The notes below the pieces were generated by a model. It saw only the letters and a program-made list of their open reading frames with translations, did no database searches and was not told the DNA's origin. Made by a program: the position numbers and the translations under genes. DNA of 64,000 bases from Moniliella sp. 'wahieum' (taxonomy: Eukaryota): NCBI GenBank assembly GCA_003971905.1, contig RSEE01000022.1:186001-250000 (forward strand), written 5' to 3'. The first letter of the stretch is position 1, and every line of letters starts with the position of its first letter. Below, piece after piece: positions 62,901 to 64,000 of this stretch.

Positions 62901-63505
62901 AAAGAGGGGGGGTGCATACCGGTTGGAAAGCAATACACAAGTGCCGCGATCGTGATAAACGTCATCCACGAACGCACCGTTTCGTCCGAGGACTTGAAAA
63001 ACAAAAGCACCATCTGGCAAGGCTGGACCAAGTTCCTCCTCTTCCACGCGTCGGGGACCAGGCGGATGGGGCAAGGGCACCCCTGCAGGCGAATAGAATA
63101 TGCGTGCATGGTGTCGGGAGATGGACTTGAGCGGTCCCAGGTCCACATCCACCCCGCCTTCTACGCGGGAGCCGGTGATCCTCTGGGCAGGGGGGGGGAA
63201 GGTGCGGTGCCGGGGCGCCGGCCAATAAGGACATCGAGGGTCTGAAGGTAATAGGAGAAGCCGGGGAACTCGAGTTTGGCATACGCCTGGATCTGCTCGC
63301 CCTCGGGCTGGGGCAGTTGGGTGGGAATGGGCAGGTCGTCGAGCAGCGATTGATTCGGCCTCCAGGTCGTCGGGCGGGTCGTCGGGCGGGGGTCGTGCAG
63401 GTCGCGGAGCGACGCGTGCCCACTGGCGGGCGGGGGCATGGGTGGAGGCAGCGGCAGGGGTGCCGGCACGGGGCTCCCGTGGGGCGCTGCGGCAGGGCTG
63501 GACAT
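59994..63505 (-). CDS. FHL1: FHA + forkhead domain transcription factor, Fhl1-like
   Basis: IQAYAKLEFPGFSYYLQTLDVLIGRR, DVDLGPLKSISRHHARIFY, FQVLGRNGAFVDD (FHA); KMTLHELYDWIADKWSWYR...WHSAIRHAL (forkhead); K/E-rich linker; intron near 62870-62920. Both ends are approximate. Confidence 0.85.
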
Positions 63506-64000
63506 GCGCGCGATGGCGACGCGGGCGGAGCAGGCGAGATGGTGGCAGCAGGAGCGTGCGACCGCTGAGAGGCACGCGTTGGGTGGGACGGCCTGCTGAA
63601 TCTGGCGTCGGGGCGGCGATGGTGATACAGACGTGATGCACGCTGCCTCGCCTGCAGCCTAGTGGGCCGGGCGGAATGGGCCGATGTTTGGCGTTCCGCC
63701 CCTGAAACTTTTCCGCCGCCACGTGACATCTTGTTGGTCGGTTCCAACGTCCTCTCCCGCTTCAAGGATGGCGCAGATTGCGAATGGCTCTCCCTGTTTT
63801 CTTTTGGGTTGCTCATATGGTGTGCGGCAGCAATTGCAATGCACAACCCGCTACAGAGGACGCACAAGAGGGGAGCACAACCGATGTCCGTCTCTTTGCC
63901 ATTCTCCCGCTCGTCCGTATAGGCGTTTGACGTGTGCGTCAGTACGTCTCCATCCATTTCTTACTTACAATCCGTTCTGTGGCCGCAACATATACGTTGT

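Overview
Eukaryotic, GC-rich fungal DNA, most likely from a basidiomycete judging by protein features and short GT-AG introns. Nearly every gene is broken by single-base indels, which look like long-read consensus errors rather than real pseudogenes, so CDS coordinates are approximate gene spans. Genes in order: C2H2 (+ degenerate Zn2Cys6) transcription factor, Sec14/CRAL-TRIO protein, adenylate cyclase, probable F-box protein, GAR/Gas2-domain protein, Na+/K+-type (ACU-like) P-type ATPase, Gyp7-like TBC Rab-GAP, URA3, PDR-type ABC transporter, Stm1/HABP4-family protein, intron-containing tRNA-Glu(CTC), a LAMMER/CLK-derived pseudokinase and an FHA+forkhead (Fhl1-like) factor. The most unusual signal is non-coding. 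Intergenic and promoter DNA carries about 60 hand-counted units of one grammar, TNA-[4-bp palindrome]-same TNA, chained into 7-bp-period lattices. Thirteen of the 16 possible palindromes are used, sometimes mixed within one array, and the palindrome usually mirrors the adjacent flank. This resembles a hairpin/P-nucleotide footprint laid down repeatedly at promoters. A mosaic of diverged local duplications lies between the tRNA and the pseudokinase.
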